The translations under genes and the position numbers were made by a program. Below, piece after piece: positions 47,006-60,080 of a DNA stretch of 64,000 nucleotides (its first letter is position 1; each line of letters begins with the position of its first letter). The notes below the pieces were generated by a model, which was not told where the DNA came from, ran no database searches, and saw nothing but the letters and a program-made list of their open reading frames with translations. Source of the stretch: Lepidodermella squamata (lineage: Eukaryota; Animalia; Gastrotricha); NCBI GenBank assembly GCA_047495785.1, contig JBLDXI010000028.1, positions 1,116,001-1,180,000 of the forward strand, read 5' to 3'.

Positions 47006-48458
47006 GAATTATCGGAACATGCGCAAAGTAACTTGCGCACAAGAGTAATTTAGGTAACTTGCGCATTTGCCTTTTGCGCACTTAGTAACTTGCGCACACG
47101 AGTATTTTTAGTCATTTGCGCATGCTGTAATTCTAATTATTTTAATAATTTGCGCATAGGTGTGCGCACTCGTATTTGTATGTGAGTTACAAACACGCCC
47201 TCGTCGGATTTAGCAGCAAATATCAACAAACTTGCGCACAAGTGTCTTGGTGTAAAGGTAAACAAACAACCGCGCTCCCATAGAACATGTTTTACAGCGC
47301 ATGATCGCGTGCTGATGGTAAATGCGCAAGTTACCAAGTGAAAGGTATCTGACAAGCCATACACCGCTCCCTCACCAATGACACCATAGTATTACACAGA
47401 GGCGCACTCTAAGGTTCAGATTAACCAGAGAGGAAACTCATGCAGAAAACTCTCTACAAAAAGTATTTTCGCATTTTTCCGAAGGAGGAATTTTACAAAA
47501 ATTTCCTTCTAGTTTTTAGTGAGTTTATTGAATTTTAGCGATAATTTTCTCTCCATGTTTCCTAAAACTGTTTGTCGATTTCTCAACCTATCGGTGTCAA
47601 ACTTCACACCTCAGGTAATTCGACCATGCTGAACACGATGGTGCATGCCAAATCGCCTTAGGACCAATAGAAGTGAGGGTAGGCCGAGTATGCCTACTTT
47701 GAGCTCTATTAACTCAAAAGCCCTCCGAGGGACCTATACCATCTGGTAGAGCACATCCCAAACTTTTATTCCTGAAAAGCGCAGCCAAAACCCTGACCTT
47801 TTATCGAGACATAACAGATTAAAGTTTCGCTAAATTGAATAATAGACAAATTTTGCGCATCGCTATCTCCTCTTTGGTAGCGCTTAATCGAACAGGGTTT
47901 GCGTTGCCATCTTAAAAAAAAAATCTTGAAAATCCATCTTAAAAAACTTGCTGACTTTTTATCACCGAATAATTTATCACTGCTCGGCCAATTTCAGCGC
48001 GATCTTTTAAAAATTAAATATAAAATAAAATAAACTGTAAAAAATCGCAATTTTGAGTCATTTTTTTTAGATGTTGATCACAATCATATATACATTCGGC
48101 GCAATCTTAGAATTCGAAAATTGATACGCAGATACGCAGAGAAGTCGCGGAATGTGGATATGATTGCGATAAATATCGAATAAAATGACTAAAAATTGCG
48201 ATTTTTTAAAGTTTATTTAATTTTATATATATAATTTTTTTAAAGGCCTAGGTCACCCTGCAAACCCGGACTAGGGTCACAATCGGCATTGAATAATGGA
48301 AATGTGCTAAAATGAATTTTTCGAATATTATTCACGCTGCGTGCGCAAGTGACTAAAAATACTCATGTGCGCAAGTTACTAAGTGCGCAAAAGGCTAATG
48401 CGCAAGTTACCTAAATTACTCTTGTGCGCAAGTTACTTTGCGCATGTTCCAATATACC
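47006..48458. mobile_element. Non-autonomous DNA transposon with ~110-bp TGCGCA-rich TIRs and 8-bp TSD TGTTGGAG
   Basis: GGAACATGCGCAAAGTAACTTGCGCAC.. (47014) is the reverse complement of the end (48450); TGTTGGAG at 46998-47005 and 48459-48466. Confidence 0.85.
48005..48245. mobile_element. AT-rich foldback/MITE nested in the previous element
   Basis: aaaaatcgcaattttgagtcatttt / aaaatgactaaaaattgcgattttt imperfect inverted arms. Confidence 0.6.
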
Positions 48459-48494
48459 TGTTGGAGCAATGAAACTTTTTAAAAATTACGGAAT

Positions 48495-48975
48495 GGCTGC
48501 TCGTACATATATATGTACGAGATTTTGGCTGCTCGTACATATATTTCAAAAATATTTCTGCTGAACTTTGAAATTAAATGGATTAATCAATTTTGATCGT
48601 AAATGTTCCAAATTTTAACCATATGTGCATCGAGGCGTTACCAACCTCCCCTCAAAGTTTGGCATGCATAGGGTGAATACCCATTATTAGCCAATCTGAA
48701 ACCCGAAATTACCCGAAGTCGGTAATGTCCCGAACCATAACCGATGGGCGGGTAAAAGTTTGCAGGTGTGTGGAACCCTGTTAGAGGCATTTGCCCTCAA
48801 AAAATGAACTTGCCAGGATTGAAATTGAGTAATTGGCTGAAATTCTAAGTTTTCATTCGAATATATGTACGACTAGCAAAAATCGCGTACATATATATGT
48901 ACGAGCAGCCAAAATCTCGTACATATCATATGTACGAGCAGCAAAAATCTCGTACATATATATGTACGACCAGAG
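48495..48975. mobile_element. MITE with tandem CTCGTACATATATATGTACGAG palindromic subterminal repeats
   Basis: Repeats at 48495-48545 mirrored at 48860-48970. Confidence 0.7.
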
Positions 48976-49102
48976 TCACTCTAAAAATTATACGAAATTT
49001 TTTTTTCAAATTAATCATTAGGTAAATAATTTAATAAAATCAACAATATTTAAAGCCATTAAATTATGATAGAAAATCTGAGATATAGGTATATTATTAG
49101 TT

Positions 49103-50839
49103 TTAAGATGACATGTTTTCGCTCATATCCTGCATTCGTTTCGTGACTAGCGGGTCGCTGGCCGAAGCTGTGGCACATCCAATAGACACGCGATTAGACA
49201 ACTCGCGGCATTGCGAGAGCGCATCGAGCCGCGCGTGAAACTCTGCGGCGTTTCTGTCGCCTAATCTCATCGATGATCTGGCAACAGTGAGATACAACGC
49301 CTGAATCAAAGCATCGCGAATTCGCTGCACCTCTCGACTGGGCTCGCTGTTAGGGTCACCTATCAAAATTGAACATTAAATTAAAAAAATTAAAATTAAA
49401 AATTAAAAAGTGCGGAATTTTTCTACAAATCTATCCAATTTTTCAAAATGTTCAAGATAATTCATAAGTTCATATAATTAAGGCTGTGCATTTAACCTGG
49501 TAAGTAGCTAGTAAAAAGGACAACGGCAATCCAGAGAGCTGTTTCGAGGAATGAAGGGTTGATATCTGCCAGAGATTCCCGAAGGCTCTTGGCAGGTTTC
49601 AAAAGAGGCTGAAAATGTATGAATTTTTATTATTTTATACAACATTTTAGACTCACAAACCTTGAATGACGGGAACATTTGCAGAAATATTGGCACGACA
49701 TCATTGCAAATGCCGAATAAGCCAGTTTGTGAATTTGGCAAATGGTAGTAAAGAGTTGGTATAAAAAATGGGAAGCTTTGCTGCAGTTTTGCCAAATCAA
49801 TTTGCGGAATCGGAGTTTGCAAGTCGAGTGATAACTCTTCAAAGCAGCTGTAATATGGCCTAGAAACGGCTTGATATCGACCTACTTCGGAGAAAAGCTG
49901 CTCGGTTATTACGGCTGGGTCTGGCATAGGATCACGGGCAACTTTGAGGGAGCCCTGCAAATATTTAAAAAATCGGGAAAATTGAACATTTAAATTCTTT
50001 AATATAATTTAATTTAAATTTGAATTTCAAAAATTTCAAAAAATGGAATTGAATTTTGTCCCCATAAAATTGTTTCAATATCAATTCAAAACTCACTGAT
50101 TCTAGGGGATGGAGAGTGAGGAAGGCGTTAACAGCAGCTCGAAGGGCCATTTCAGTCGTTGAACCATCGTAAATCACCGGATCTCGAACTAATGCTAGCT
50201 GACTTCCCATTTCAGGCGACATGTAGGGAGAGGTTGGGCTGCTGTGTTCGCTTGAGCCGCATGGTGAGATAATGTCACTGGTTTCCGATTTTTTCGAATC
50301 AGGCCAAGATTCATCAGCTTTGATTCTGGGAGAAATCATTTCAGGCTCATCGTTTTCGGGCTTTGAGAAGAATTTACCTGAAATTGGTTCACATTTTCAT
50401 TTTTAAAATTTCAAAAATTCTCAATCATTTATTTTCCTAATTTCTGAAGTCTGGGCTCATTCTGTTCGATGAAAACATAAAATATTGAAAATCTTTATCC
50501 AAGATTAATTCCCAATTGTGTTATTTTCGAAAATAAATTGTTAATATAATTTTCAGGAAATTAAAAAATGTTCGATTCAGAAATATTGAAATTACATTGC
50601 ATGCCAGCGGCAATACATTTTTCGAATCTGCAATGCTGGCATATAGGCCGACGGGCTTTTAAAGGCGCTGGCATGCCTGCAACATCGGCGGGTTTGATGT
50701 CCTTGATAGCCGCTGCCTTGCATTTGAAGTTGATTTTCAGCCGGCAAGTTCGACGAAAAAACTTCTGGCATGCTTCACACGTTGTTGGCTGGTAATTTCG
50801 CCGCCGTGGTACATTCTGGCAACATACTTTGCATAACAT
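49103..50839 (-). CDS. Divergent nuclear hormone receptor (DBD exon 50839-~50595, hinge and degenerate LBD exons)
   Basis: CKVC..CEACQKFFRR..C..CQHCRFEKCIAAGM DNA-binding domain; downstream exon-sized ORFs with LBD-like helices (GDP..VQRIRDALIQAL..Y). Confidence 0.8.
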
Positions 50840-51242
50840 TTTTCATTAAATGTCGAAAAGACTAGATCAGTTTTATATTCTCAAGTATCAGAACACTGCA
50901 GCTGCTAAATTTGAGACAAATTTGCGAGCTTCGCCATCGCGCAAGGTACGCCAACTCACCGTTGATTACATACGTGCTTTTTCATCCGCATCTACACTCG
51001 CCATCGATTTTTTTCAACCTTGTCATGTCGATCGACACCTAAAGTGACGTGCGGAATCAGAGCATATTAAACTGCAAACTAAGTGAATTTTTATCTATAC
51101 TTATTAGATAATTGTTCTCCGAAGAAATAAAAAACAAACAAAATCTTCTTTGAACCATAATGAACCTTAAGGGGGTGTGCACAAACAGTCATTTCATTGC
51201 GCATAACGCAAAAAAATCGCGCGGCTTTCTTTCTTATCACTA

Positions 51243-51808
51243 CAGTGGAACCCCGATTTCCCGTCTTCTGCGGTTCCACAAAAATCCTGACGGGAAATCG
51301 AAATCGACGGGAAATCTAGGTAGTTTTGCGTGTAATTGGGGAAAACATTTTATCCGACCAATGTCTTCTTTTACCCGACCTATGTGTTATTTCATCCGAC
51401 AACCAAAAATGTGACTAAAACCTATGCCGACTTGCTTTTTCCATATTTTCAAAAATTACAGTAAAAAATTGACTATTCAGATCGCCGTAAATCTTTCACC
51501 ATAAAATTCTACGGGTTCAGGAGTCAAAATAGGGTGCATAAAAGGGGTATGCCCGTACGGGAAAAAATCGAACTCGGGAAAATCGAGAAAATCGATATTT
51601 TTATGTCGATTGATTTTAGTCACATTTTTGGTTGTCGAATGAAATAAGACATTGGTCGGATAAAAGAAGACATTGGTCGGATGAAAAAAGTCACACCCGT
51701 GTAACACCTCTGTCACACCTCTGCGGGTCCAAGTCGCTCCTAAATATTTACATGTCGCGATTTCCCGTCAGACGGAAAATCAGGAGACGGGAAATCGGGG
51801 TTCCACTG
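51243..51808. mobile_element. Tc1/mariner-type MITE (TA TSD)
   Basis: TA|CAGTGGAACCCCGATTTCCCGTC ... GACGGGAAATCGGGGTTCCACTG|TA. Confidence 0.9.
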
Positions 51809-52143
51809 TATTCCATTCTTAAACGTTCACTACATAGATAAATAAAAAAGATAGATCTGACACGCTAGTACTTTAATGTGTACCGAAATGATTCTATCAA
51901 TGATTTAGTCAGCTTAGTACTTCACTGAGAATCACTGAAGTCTTTGCTTTTAAAATGAGATTGCAGATAGCTATAAAATGACTCTGATAGGGCTTTTGAT
52001 TGCAATGATTAGATTTCCAATGCCCCTTCGCCTTCAATTCAACATTATCACCGCAGCCTACGATGATCAGAGCAGAATAACGCCGCGTCACTGAGGTGTG
52101 TTTTATCACTGTAACTCTTATTCGCACCGTTCAGTAGTAAGTA

Positions 52144-52270
52144 GTAGAGATGCCGCGGTTAAAAAAATAACCGCAAAACCGCGGTTAACCGACGGTTCGG
52201 CTCGGTTCGGTTCGGTTCGGTTCATCGGACGCCGTAACCGCGGTTTTAACCGAAATAACCAATAACCGCA
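52144..52270. repeat. Probable hAT-type terminus with (GGTTC)n / AACCG subterminal repeats
   Basis: TAGAGATG.. followed by AACCG/CGGTT arrays. Confidence 0.45.
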
Positions 52271-52763
52271 ACTGAGCACAATAAAACTGCGTGAAGGATT
52301 CCGATGAGAGCTTGTGGGAGCTTGTAAAACTGAGTTATGGGAACGGCGGATCGAACGCACCGATACTCGCTGGTGTCATGCAGTGAATCACATTGAAAAC
52401 GCATCGTCACGCTGACAGCATGCTCTGATCGTCTAGCTAGAGCTGGGTGACTTGCTCAATGCCACGAACATCTGACCGCTGCTCTATTCGAATTCTTGAC
52501 TCTTCTGAATGGGAGATCTGATATTTCAAGCTGGTCGCTGGCTTTTCAGGGGATCCAGGCGAAAAGAGTGACGTCGACAATCTGTCTGACGTTTGACGTT
52601 CTCGTCGAAATTGAGAGAAAATGCCTAGGATCACCCACAATCTAATGCGCCCCCCCCCCCCTCCCGATGATCTTTAATCTTCGGTCGCCTCACTTTCATC
52701 TGTTATCCAAATTGCCAAATTGGGACCTGCCCATTACGCCACAATTCTTCGATTCTTCGTTAA

Positions 52764-53782
52764 GATGTTAGGGCCCGAGCACGGCGGAGAACAATGGGAA
52801 CCAGCGCTATTGTTCAGCGCCGCACTTGGGCCGTCGGCCGTCGGACTTGGGCTTCTGAAATCGGGCTGTTGGACTTGGGTCGCCGGGCTTGGGTCATCCT
52901 ACAACCAACGCCCTAAGCTAGATTCACAAATTGCAAAATGTTCGCCGGGCAGAGTGTTCGCCGCGAACAAACGCTTCAGTGCGGCGAACAGATCGTAATC
53001 AGGGCGAACAGGGCAAATGTTCGCCAAAACTGTTCACAAATTCGGTGTGTTCACCGCACTCGCGCGCGACGGAGTACAATGGGCGCGCGCACCGAAACGC
53101 ACAAAATTTGTTCGCGGCGAACAAATTCGTGGATAGAAACGGTTTCTATTTGCAAATGTTCGTCGCTATTGTTCGCCGCGCAGTAAAATGTTCGCCGAAA
53201 ACTGGCCAGGGTGAATACAGTTTTTTCTCAATTCTACAAATTTTCGATTTTTGTTGTCATATCTTTATTCACGTCACAATTTGGAATATAAACATATATA
53301 ATTGTATAGGGATCAGGCTCACCCATGTGAAAAATTACTGCGAAAATTTGTATGACCGGAGAGGCAATATAGGATGAATATTTCACAAGGTCTTCTAAAT
53401 CTAATTTGATCATTGTATGTAAATTTGATGTAAATTTGATCATTTTATTGCGTTAATCCCCAATAAAACAGGACTTGGGTTGCCCAGCAACCGCAAACTA
53501 AGGTCACGTGAGCTGCCGCGGTAGCTCAAATTTGTTCGCCGCTATTACGCAACGGGCGCTCCCAGACAATAGCGACCGTGTGCATCAAGCGTGAATGTTT
53601 CTCCAAAATAACAAGTGTTCGGCGCAAATAGAAACTGTTCGTCCAAAATTTTTCGGCGAACAGTTTCTATTCGCGCCGAACATCACGGGTGACTGCACGA
53701 ACATGTTCGCCGGGATTTTTATTTGTGAATCTAGCTCTACCCGATAACTTTTCGGACAGTTTTCGGACTCGGGCCCCAGCAT
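52764..53782. mobile_element. MITE/foldback with GTTCGC/GCGAAC arrays; inner TIR AGCTAGATTCACAAAT (52916/53736)
   Basis: Inner perfect 16-bp IR; outer GGGCCCGAG / CTCGGGCCC. Confidence 0.65.
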
Positions 53783-54004
53783 AAGGACAATGCAAATCCA
53801 AAATCCAAAAACTGCGGCAAATTTAACGCGTTACGTTTTGTGACACCAGTTTGTTGTCCATTTTTCCCATGCAAAAAAATGCATAACGCGTGACAAAAAC
53901 GGGTAAAATAACGCGTTACAGAGCATAACGCGTTAAATTTATTACAGTTCATCGTCTCCTCGGCGTCGTTTTTTGATCTTTCGTGCGCTCGATATTTTTT
54001 GTTT

Positions 54005-54340
54005 CAGGCGATTTCGCCAGGGGGGGGGGGGGGGGGCAATTGGGGCGGCGCCCCCTAGCGAAGAATCTTGCCCCCAAAAAAACTTGGCCAGTGAACCCGA
54101 TTTAAGACATTTCCAGGCTATTTTTGACAATACATAATAGCGTTATACTGTTATACTTAGTGTTATACATAGTAGCGTAAATACTCAGAAATAGCGTTAG
54201 CTAAAGCTCGCTGCGCTCGCATGGAGGTTGTTGTAGGATATTTTTGCAACAGCAGCTTTTTCAAGTATCCCAAACCATATGTCCATCAGTAGTGCGCCCC
54301 AGCTTGCCCCCTGGCTGTATCACCCTGGCGCCGTCCCTGG
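54005..54340. mobile_element. Small GC-rich-ended hAT-like MITE (CAGG...CCTG)
   Basis: CAGG..CCAGGGGG..GGGGCG at left; CGCCCC..CCCCCTGG..CCCTG at right. Confidence 0.45.
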
Positions 54341-54760
54341 ATTTCGCGTTCTTACGTGGCACGGGGCACTTTGTATTTAGCAAACGCTTGCGATGTGGAA
54401 CGTAGAATTGATGAGTTAATTCAGTTCTGTTCCTAATCCAGCGTTTTCATTGTCATTTCCTTCGTCTAACTCGATTCTTGATTCAGGTTGTTAGGTGTCT
54501 TGGTTTTGCTTAAGGAGTTAATGACCTATCTGCGCATTTTCTCTACTGCAGAGCTGCAGAAAGTTTTTGCAAGCTCGACCTGTATCCGAACCATCAGAGC
54601 CATAAGTTAATACGCTCTGATGCGCCGAGTGATGAAATATCAATCGTCATTGTTATTATTCAGCTTGATTATTAATCAATCTATAGAGTTCTTCAATATG
54701 TATAGGGTTTCAATTTTTACTTTAGTTTGCTACTACTAACTTTGGAAATGAAGGTTACTT

Positions 54761-55060
54761 CATTGTGTTTGAGGTTGTAAGTTGAAAAAAATCCGCACGC
54801 TGATTGGTCAGTTGGCTCGTATCCATGACTCCGCCTTGCTACTTGATCGTGCGATCTATATAATTTGTGGCTTTTATTATTTTTATGAAGGCCGTATCGT
54901 AGCACGCGTTTCCAACAAATGCGTAAACCATTCATAAAAAGATATTTTTTGCAAACATTTTATGGATCGCACGATCAAGTAGCAAGGCGGAGTCATGGAT
55001 ACGAGCCAACTGACCAATCAGCGTGCAGATTTTTTTCAACTTACAACCTCAAACACAATG
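54761..55060. mobile_element. Hairpin MITE with ~96-bp near-perfect arms
   Basis: CATTGTGTTTGAGG...GTGCGATC (54761-54856) mirrored at 54965-55060. Confidence 0.85.
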
Positions 55061-55116
55061 TTCCAAATAATGAGCAAGAACTACTTCCAGACTATATGAC
55101 TGGATTATAGTATATA

Positions 55117-55518
55117 CAGTGAAAGTTGTCTAAACCGGACGTTTTCGGGTGGCTCGATCCAAAAGTGTGGACTTTACATTATAATTTTACTCTCTAAACC
55201 GGACGGATTTTGAGGTATGCGTCCGATGTACGCATAAAAAGGCCAATTTTGTAGAGGATTTTGGGGAAAATGCAGGCACCTGCCTTCATGAGACACCTCA
55301 AAATTTTTTAAAAATGTCAATCGGCCAATCATCCCGTATCTAGCGTAGAGTCTATGTAGTTCAATTATTTATATAGAAAGGCAAAGCTTAAATGACTTCG
55401 AAGTTCGTAAAATGTGAAAAATCCTAGGGTTTACGTTAAATTTTCCTCATATTTCGCATTTCTAAACCGGACCATTTTGCCTGGCGCGACCCGAGTCCGG
55501 TTTAAGCAACTTTCACTG
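55117..55518. mobile_element. Tc1/mariner(pogo)-type MITE
   Basis: TA|CAGTGAAAGTTGTCTAAACCGGAC ... GTCCGGTTTAAGCAACTTTCACTG. Confidence 0.8.
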
Positions 55519-55680
55519 AAGGTTTATTGCACTATCGCTGAAAATCGGATCAACCGTGACCAACTTAGTGAGCTACAGGCGTACATGTCCTATAAACGTT
55601 TTAGAAATTTTCCATACGTTTCCTATGCGATACATTGCATTTCATCCGTAGGATATTTTGTGCATATCGTTAATAGAAAC

Positions 55681-55971
55681 ATGGCTCAAAACATTCCTGT
55701 TAATCTTGCGTTTGACCTTCAAGAAATTGGAAAAAGCATTGAACAAGTGGAAAACGATCTACAGAAGATTGAGGAAGAAATCCAACAGGCAAAGAATGAT
55801 AACGACCGCGACGAATTACGTGTTCTGCACAAAAAGGAAGATGCTCTGCGCAAAGAGAAAGATGCTCTGCGCAAAGAGAAAGCGCCTATCTTCTCTAATA
55901 GCTTAATACGTTCGGGTACGCCCAGTGATAAAATATCAATGGTCATTTTTATTATTCAGCTTGGTTATTAA
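55681..55971 (+). CDS. Short coiled-coil ORF (KKEDALRKEKDALRKEK), possible header exon or remnant
   Basis: Heptad-rich 96-aa ORF with an internal 21-nt duplication; possible donor at ~55916. Confidence 0.45.
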   Translation: MAQNIPVNLAFDLQEIGKSIEQVENDLQKIEEEIQQAKNDNDRDELRVLHKKEDALRKEKDALRKEKAPIFSNSLIRSGTPSDKISMVIFIIQLGY

Positions 55972-56325
55972 TAAATCTTTCCAGGGTTCTTCAATATATT
56001 TAGGGTTTCATTTTTTTCTCCTCTTTGTTAACGATATAAAAAATATGGCAGATAGTGTGGAAATATCTATAGTTCTATCTGACCGCTTCTAGATAAGGTT
56101 GTTGATTGAATGCTTCCTTCTGGAGAATATGCAGGGTGTGACTTTTTTCATCCGACCAATGTCTTATTTCATCCGACAACCATCGTTATCGCTTTCAAGT
56201 CTTTATCAATTCTTGCTTATTGATGTTTCCTCCTTTAGTTAAAACTGGCACAGACTATTTGGATAGCCTTGCCCTCGTAGTCTTTTATTATGTTTTTTGC
56301 ATATAGGAAAGTGATTAATTAACAA

Positions 56326-57699
56326 ATGTCTGGAGCTATTGCTGTATGTAGTGGACTGCAAGCAAACAACGTGCCATGCGACTGTCGCTACCAAAATGAG
56401 CAATCATTCTTTGAAAATGGCACTTGTGTTGACTGTGGGCATTCACGACGCCAACACCCTCCGCCACCATTGCAATCTACAGCTCCACCTCCAGGTTAGT
56501 CTCTTTGCATTGATTTTTACGAGGAGTAGCTGAAATTTGCCTCAAGAATTGCGCGTTGAGTTATTAAAGTGGTTAGCGATATTTTTAATGGAATGCAATA
56601 TTGGTTATCATTACTACTAAACGTATTTATTATTTAAAAGGTGGCAGCAGAAGTATAATAATAATAATCATTGTTTCTAATATCTTCTATTTTTTTTGCA
56701 GAGCGTGAATCACTTGAACAGAGGCTGACAAAATTAGATATCAAATTCGATAGTCGTGATCTTGCTGCAATACGACGTGATGACACCTTGCATAATTTTT
56801 TTTCTCTGATGCTACCAAACCTAAGTAAAACTGATGCCGAATTTATCTTGCGAAAAGTACGGGCGCGTGTGAGATCTTCGACAAGAGCCGAAATCGAGGT
56901 CAGACATCACATATTATTGGATGGGCTCATACAAACAAGTGGCGGAAAGGGGTCGTCTTACTTCTGTTACGCTTTTTCAAATCATGGCAGGGTTCTGGCT
57001 GCAAAAATCTTCCGGAAGGACAAAGAATATGAAAGAGAAAAGGCTATGCTTCTGAAAGTTGGCAATCATTCCAATATCGTTGAGTTTGTTAAAGCTTTCA
57101 AAATTCTACGCAACGACACGGACAGACCGGGAAAGGTCGACCTAGGTGTAATTGTCATGCCATTCTATCCTATGAGTCTTGAGCAATTTATCTCAACAAA
57201 GGATGAGAACGTCTCCGAGCCATTGCCGCTCCAAGCAATTTCAACTATTTCTAACTCTTGCGCTCTTGCACTTCAACATCTACATTCTTTGTTCATCTGT
57301 TTTGTTGATTTGAAGCCAGCTAATATTATGCTCAAGACAGAATGTGATGGAGCAGTGTTGGTTGATTTCGGCGCTGCTGTTGAATTTAATTCAAAAATAC
57401 ACGAGGCTACGAGTCCGTACTATTTGGATGTAAATATTAAAGTTGGCTCTCCTGAACTAGACTACTGCTGCCTTGGAACAACCATTTGTAGAATGGCAGG
57501 TCTACAAACTGAGTTTTTGGAACGATTCCAATCTCGTGATAAACTTCTTCCTGAATTGGATAATCGGTTCTCTTCCCCACTCTTGGCAGCCACCGTAAAG
57601 GCATGTCTCCATAAGCCTTCAACTGAATCAGTAGCATCTGCTCTGAATTTATTTATCAAAAGCGATCTGAATAAGTCTGGATCTTCAACGGATGAGTAA
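56326..57699 (+). CDS. Protein kinase with N-terminal Cys/His zinc-binding motif; exons 56326-56494, 56702-57699
   Basis: Exon 1 C..CDC...CVDCGH...H + Pro linker; LAAKIF, IVMPFY, CFVDLKPANIM, LVDFGAA; phase-1 intron fits. Confidence 0.8.
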
Positions 57700-57707
57700 T
57701 ACTGCAG

Positions 57708-58208
57708 TTGATTGTAGCATTTTCAAATAAATCTGTATCTTACGTCTGCTGTTTTGGACGACAACCTGATGGCTCTTTCCAAGCGCGTGGCAAAAAGAAG
57801 CCTGACACACAAGAAATGGAAACAGTTCCGTCAGTCGTATTCGAAGTCATGTTTCACCATGTTGAGCCTTTTGTGGACGTCGCCAACAGATATATTCGAC
57901 CAGATAATTCAATCTGTTTCGTTCTCATTATTCGTATTTATAAGGAACGTCAAGGTGGAATCCCAATGGCGGCTGTGGCGTACAATTGGGCTAAACTTGG
58001 AAAACCTCGACGATGCGCCTCTGTTAGTTTTGGAACCGTTGCTCTTGATGACGCAGATTCTCGCGAACTCGGTTCTCTTATCGGTGTTAGTATTTTCACG
58101 CTGACAAACCCGAAGGAGCAGGCGAGCTTCGAGTCGATCTCAAAGAACTACGATCTATCTATCTTGAGGTGGCTCAAAAATAACAAACATTCTGTTCTCT
58201 ATTTGTAA
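57708..58208 (+). CDS. PD-(D/E)XK (Uma2-like) restriction-endonuclease-fold domain, start uncertain, possibly pseudogene
   Basis: QPDGSF...PSVVFEV...Y...VLIIRI pattern. Confidence 0.5.
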   Translation: MIVAFSNKSVSYVCCFGRQPDGSFQARGKKKPDTQEMETVPSVVFEVMFHHVEPFVDVANRYIRPDNSICFVLIIRIYKERQGGIPMAAVAYNWAKLGKPRRCASVSFGTVALDDADSRELGSLIGVSIFTLTNPKEQASFESISKNYDLSILRWLKNNKHSVLYL

Positions 58209-59239
58209 ATTTGTTGCTGTGTAGATAGAAACGCGCAAGCGTAAGATTATGAAACATGTTATTTCATAGAAATAAATTTCATAGTAAGAAATATTGAGCA
58301 GAAGTGATGAAATCAGGAGATCAAACGAATGTAACTACGCTGTTTAGGCAGTCATTTGTCGACTTTGACCAGGAGTGATCAATGTTAAAACTTACAATAC
58401 CGATCTACGGTAGCACCCATGGCAGAACCATGTACCTCAGTCATACCTTCACCATACCTAACTGTACCCCTATCGCTAATTTGTCGATTCACTGATTATC
58501 CAATAAACCTAAATTTTGCCGCTGCTGATTTGCATTTTGCTATTTTGTCCCTACGTGACTTAATTTGTTGAAGTCGGCGCTACCTTTGAAGGCTACTGAA
58601 TATACTACAAATAAATTCATATTAATATTTATTTAAAAATGTCTTTGCTTAAATAATATTGCCAGATTGTCGACCCTAGTGTTACGTTTTATATAATGTC
58701 GTTTTTATTTTGCTTTGATTAAATGTCGCAGAAAAAATGTCGGATTTTATCTTCACATTGCTAAACTGTCGTAGAGCCTCCAGTGAATGCGAAGAAGTAG
58801 TTATTTCGTTGCCAATTGATTTTTTTGATAACGAACCAAAGTTGCTGTATAGCGGAACCAAATTTGCCTTTTGCGGAACCAAACTCGAAATATGCCAAGA
58901 GTCATTTTTTGAATATTTCTAAGAATTTTAGGCTCAGCATGAATTTTGAATTGAACACTGCGTCTTACAGAGAATGTTGCGCTGAATTCACTGGTGAATT
59001 TTCTAGAATTATTGGGGTCAACCGTGAACCGTGACCTGCAATAAATATCCGAAAAGCAATTTCAGGCCACTAGAAAATTTTAATTTTTGGTTCCGCTGAC
59101 AGCATATTTGGTTCCACTCACCGTAAATTTGGTTGCGCTAACAGGAGGAATTAGGTTAATTCCTAATTGCTAAATGTCGAAAGACAAATTGCAAAATAAA
59201 ACAGTATCAGTATCAGTATCAGGACCCATTTTTTTTTTA

Positions 59240-59550
59240 AATAATGCTGATAACTTGGTGATTGAGGACGAAAATGGGAATATTTTATCCGACAAAATTC
59301 AAGTAGCAGATAGATGAAGACTTTATTTCATGGGGATTGTAGATGGGGTAGAAATATTAGCTGGCGAACTAAATAAATTTAACGAACATTTTGAATTCAC
59401 TAGTAAATGCGAAGCGCTCGTCTTGAAACCAATAACACGTGACGAGATTCAGCTTGCTAGTTCGGAAGAAAAGTTAGGAAAATCGCCCGATCTCGATGAA
59501 ATTAGATTAGAAATGCTAAATGCTCTGCAAAATACCAAAATTCGTCCCTG
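59240..59550 (+). mobile_element. RTE-like LINE remnant (pre-RT region)
   Basis: IEDENG..LSD..ADR*..YF, PITRDEI..A..GKSPDLDEI..EML with stops. Confidence 0.7.
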
Positions 59551-60080
59551 ATCCCTGATGATTTTCTGAACTTAATTCTGATACCGGTACCAAAAAAGGA
59601 GATTTGAATACCGTATTTATTCTCGAAAATATACCGCACCTCGAAAATATCCCGCACCCCGAATACAACCCTACAAAGCTTACCGTTTGATCATAAATAT
59701 AACGCACCTCGAAATTCTACCCCATGTTATTTAAAAAATCAGGGCGCAGAATCAATTTACTATGAAAACGAAATAAGCACCCCATCAGGCTTAGCTTGGG
59801 CTGGGCATAAGACTATCAGTGATAACTCAATAGAGACATGAAGGGCGAAGTGCTGGGACAGGATCATTTTGAATGTCACAGTCGATTCTTTTCGAAATTA
59901 TTCAGTGTTACTGATTTCAGGGCTGATATCGTGTTCCGATCGTTTACCTATGGGCTTAGTTAGGTTCCGAAAATGCATTGACTTTGCATGGCCATGAAAA
60001 TGTATTGTATTGTATTGCCACGCATGGCCATGCAACTTTTCACTCTTCAGGTCTTCATCGGTTGGGATCATTTGGGCATA

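Noticed and set aside
51091-55110. Numerous 60-150-aa ORFs
   Set aside because: They fall in MITE arms (mirror-image peptides on both strands) and show no domains
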